NCBI GenBank assembly: GCA_021158055.1
Contig: JAGGVJ010000011.1
Span: forward strand, 1 to 29,641
Length of the DNA stretch: 29,641 nt
Origin: Candidatus Iainarchaeum sp.
GTDB lineage: Archaea; Iainarchaeota; Iainarchaeia; JAGGVJ01
Reading direction: 5' to 3'
In this document: positions 27,595 to 29,641 of the stretch, one piece after another
How the letters are laid out: every line of letters starts with the position of its first letter
Numbering within the stretch: the stretch's first letter is position 1
Translations under genes and position numbers: made by a program
The notes under the pieces: generated by a model
The model's input: only the letters and a program-made list of their open reading frames with translations
What the model was told of the DNA's origin: nothing
Databases searched by the model: none

Positions 27595-27611
27595 GATTAC
27601 TTGCCAAAAAT

Positions 27612-27884
27612 TCATTTCTTCAGACTCTTGATAATCTCAAGGGTTTTTTTCAGGGCCCTTTCAACATCCGCTTCGCACCTTGCACCAGTGCAAATTATTT
27701 TACCGTTTTTGAAAAGCAAAAGAGAGCTTTTTGGATCAGTAAGCTTTAGAATCAGACCTGGAAACTGTTCCGGTTCGTATTCTGCATTATCAATGCCTGT
27801 CGCAATACCATAAAGGTCAAGTTCCATTCCGAGAGAAGCACTGGCAACAATGTTCACTATAGTGTAATCTATCTTATCCGTCAT
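27612..27884 (-). CDS. tbp: Single-repeat (half-length) TATA-box-binding protein
   Basis: NIVASA.LG.ELDL, EYEPEQFPGL, PKSSLLLFKNGKIICTGA make up one full TBP repeat; 90 aa; ATG with SD GGGGGA and a clean stop. Confidence 0.9.
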   Translation of the reverse strand: MTDKIDYTIVNIVASASLGMELDLYGIATGIDNAEYEPEQFPGLILKLTDPKSSLLLFKNGKIICTGARCEADVERALKKTLEIIKSLKK

Positions 27885-27989
27885 TTAATTCCCCCTTAAA
27901 AAACCATATAAACTATATTTCCCTTTTCTGTCATATAAACCATAAAAGACACATGAGAAAATAGTTTTTAAAAAAGTATTATTTATGGG

Positions 27990-28053
27990 CTATTTATATA
28001 GACCACTATTTATATAGACCACTATTTATATAAACTGTAATCTATTTAAATAC
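27990..28053. repeat. Tandem 16-bp repeats each containing a TATA box
   Basis: CTATTTATATAGACCA x2 (27990-28021), CTATTTATATAAACTG (28022-28037), variant CTATTTAAATAC (28042-28053). Confidence 0.9.
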
Positions 28054-28375
28054 TTCTTTTTAAACAAAGCCTAAAAACATGGAAAAATGTTTAAAGAAGA
28101 AAAGAATACAAATCCAAAAGGAAAAGAAAACCGCAGCAAAAACAAAAATAAAAAACAATTAAATCAAAAATAAAGAAACACAAAAACAACGCCCTTAAAA
28201 AACAGGACCAGCTGTAATGACACATAGTTTAATTATATTTAAATAGATGACCGCGCATAATCTTATGGGGAATGCATTGACTAATAATCAAAAAAAAACT
28301 TGAATTAGAGTCATCTGTTCAAAAAAATGAAACAAAAAATTAAGACGATTTAATGATACTTATTGAGGTGAAAAA

Positions 28376-28663
28376 ATGCCTAAATCAAACGGACCAAGAT
28401 GCAAAACAAGAAACAAATTCAAAAGAGACACAAGGCAGGTAAAACCGACTCCGAACAGCATGTTGAAAGAACTTGCCCCAAACACAAAAGTCAACATACA
28501 CGTTGAATCAAGCGTTCACAGCGGAATGCCTTTCAGGAGATTTATCGGGAAAACAGGGACAATCATGAGCAAAAGAGGCTCCTGCTACCTTGTGAAATTC
28601 AAGGACTCAAACGCTGAAAAAACCATTATAGTGCATCCGGCACATCTCAAAATACAAGGGTGA
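28376..28663 (+). CDS. rpl21e: 50S ribosomal protein eL21
   Basis: SNGPRCKTR, SVHSGMPFRRFIGKTG, IVHPAHL; SD GAGGTG. Confidence 0.96.
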   Translation: MPKSNGPRCKTRNKFKRDTRQVKPTPNSMLKELAPNTKVNIHVESSVHSGMPFRRFIGKTGTIMSKRGSCYLVKFKDSNAEKTIIVHPAHLKIQG

Positions 28664-28667
28664 AATC

Positions 28668-29021
28668 ATGATCGGAAAAAAAATTACTGAATTCAAATAC
28701 ATAACAATCCCTGAAGCAAAAAAAGTGCTTGACAAAAGAGCAAAAATAGGGGAACTCGGATACGAGCAAAGGCTTGCAAGAGAATACCTAACGGAATTTT
28801 CAAGAATAAATGAAAAAGACGCAAAAAAACTCGCTGAAAAATTAAAAAAAACAGAAAAACTCTCGGAAATCGCAGTAGTGAAAATTATTGATCTGCTGCC
28901 TAAAGACGAAGACGAACTCAGGGTAATCCTTCAAAAAGAACGGTACTCGCTTGAAAAAACCGAAGTTGAAGCAGTACTTTCAGCAGTCAAAGACACACTT
29001 GGCGCAAAAGCAGAAAATTAA
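28668..29021 (+). CDS. rpo4: RNA polymerase subunit Rpo4 (F)
   Basis: YITIPEAK, LGYEQ, VKIIDLLP...DELR; conserved position after rpl21e. Confidence 0.93.
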   Translation: MIGKKITEFKYITIPEAKKVLDKRAKIGELGYEQRLAREYLTEFSRINEKDAKKLAEKLKKTEKLSEIAVVKIIDLLPKDEDELRVILQKERYSLEKTEVEAVLSAVKDTLGAKAEN

Positions 29022-29040
29022 AAATGGAAAAGAATTAAAA

Positions 29041-29595
29041 ATGGAACAAAAAATGGAAGAGTATGCAATCGTAATCGATTACATGCCTGAAGGCCGACCG
29101 CTTGACTACAAGCACGAACCAGTAGTGCAAGCAGTGGGAACCGAATACTTCACCACCCTGGAACTGATTCCAAAAAAAGACATCAAGCTTACGATAAACG
29201 AACAGATTTACATCGGAAAAGACGAACGGGAAAAAATCCAGTACATAAAAGGCAGGATAAACTACGACCAGTTAACCAACAACGCGAAATCAGAACTGCC
29301 GGTTATCCTGAAAAAACTTGTTCTGGAACAGGAAGACAAATTCGTGGACTTCATGAACAAATCAGGCTCGCTTACACTGAGAAAACACCAGCTTGAACTG
29401 ATTCCCGGAGTCGGGAAAAAACACATGCTTCAAATACTTAATGAACGGGAAAAAAAACCCTTTAAAGACTTCAAAGACATCATGGAACGGATAAGCCTCA
29501 TGCCTGACCCTCAAAAAATATTTCCGGACAGGATAATTGAAGAGCTGATGGGCAACACAAAATACCACTTGTTCACAAGACCGAAAAAAAGATAA
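29041..29595 (+). CDS. DUF655 family putative RNA-binding protein
   Basis: EEYAIVIDY, QAVG..YFTTLEL, YIGKDEREKI, HQLELIPGVGKK; conserved rpl21e-rpo4-DUF655 order. Start ATG 29041 or 29053. Confidence 0.92.
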   Translation: MEQKMEEYAIVIDYMPEGRPLDYKHEPVVQAVGTEYFTTLELIPKKDIKLTINEQIYIGKDEREKIQYIKGRINYDQLTNNAKSELPVILKKLVLEQEDKFVDFMNKSGSLTLRKHQLELIPGVGKKHMLQILNEREKKPFKDFKDIMERISLMPDPQKIFPDRIIEELMGNTKYHLFTRPKKR

Positions 29596-29603
29596 GCAGT
29601 CAA

Positions 29604-29641
29604 AGCAACCAGCTTAAACCTCAGAGCAACCAGTTTAAACC
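29604..29641. repeat. Direct repeat (21-nt period) at the window edge
   Basis: AGCAACCAGCTTAAACC (29604-29620) and AGCAACCAGTTTAAACC (29625-29641). Confidence 0.6.

Noticed and set aside
27990-28053. CRISPR array
   Set aside because: Units are 16 bp, abut without unique spacers, and no cas genes are present.
27566-28100. Frameshifted full-length tbp pseudogene
   Set aside because: No second NIVAS/EQFPG/CTG repeat visible in either flank; start, SD and stop fit the domain boundaries.
28245-28316. Possible C/D box sRNA or rpl21e leader (AGATGAC...GTCATCT)
   Set aside because: No proper RUGAUGA/CUGA boxes; a 7-bp inverted repeat is within chance.
27885-28375. Replication origin
   Set aside because: AT-rich with repeats, but no recognisable ORB element or adjacent orc1/cdc6; unsupported though not excluded.
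28951-29040. N-terminal extension of DUF655 from the ORF track
   Set aside because: Overlaps rpo4 by about 70 nt; family similarity starts at MEEYAIV.

Overview
Archaeal chromosomal window, probably from a DPANN-type lineage (inferred from gene content, a stand-alone 5S rRNA and a giant Cys-rich surface protein; not provable here). In order: (1) a 3236-aa secreted protein with DUF11/CARDB-like domains, about 14 BACON-like Ig repeats and Cys-rich modules, and no C-terminal membrane anchor; (2) smc with no adjacent scpA; (3) rpl11-rpl1-rpl10(P0)-rpl12 on the minus strand with no spt5 upstream; (4) a divergent type IV pilus locus with four class III signal-peptide proteins, a 765-aa coiled-coil/wHTH protein, an archaeosortase/exosortase-family protein, a VirB11/FlaI-type ATPase and two TadC/FlaJ-type platform proteins; (5) a solitary 5S rRNA; (6) a 90-aa single-repeat 'half' TBP preceded by a tandem array of TATA boxes; (7) rpl21e-rpo4-DUF655. 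The most unusual items are the intact-looking half-TBP with its TATA array, a possible phage head-closure-like domain inserted in the second TadC, the archaeosortase within the pilus locus, the anchorless giant protein, and bacterial-style hairpin+U terminators. All family assignments are by motif recognition; no searches were run.
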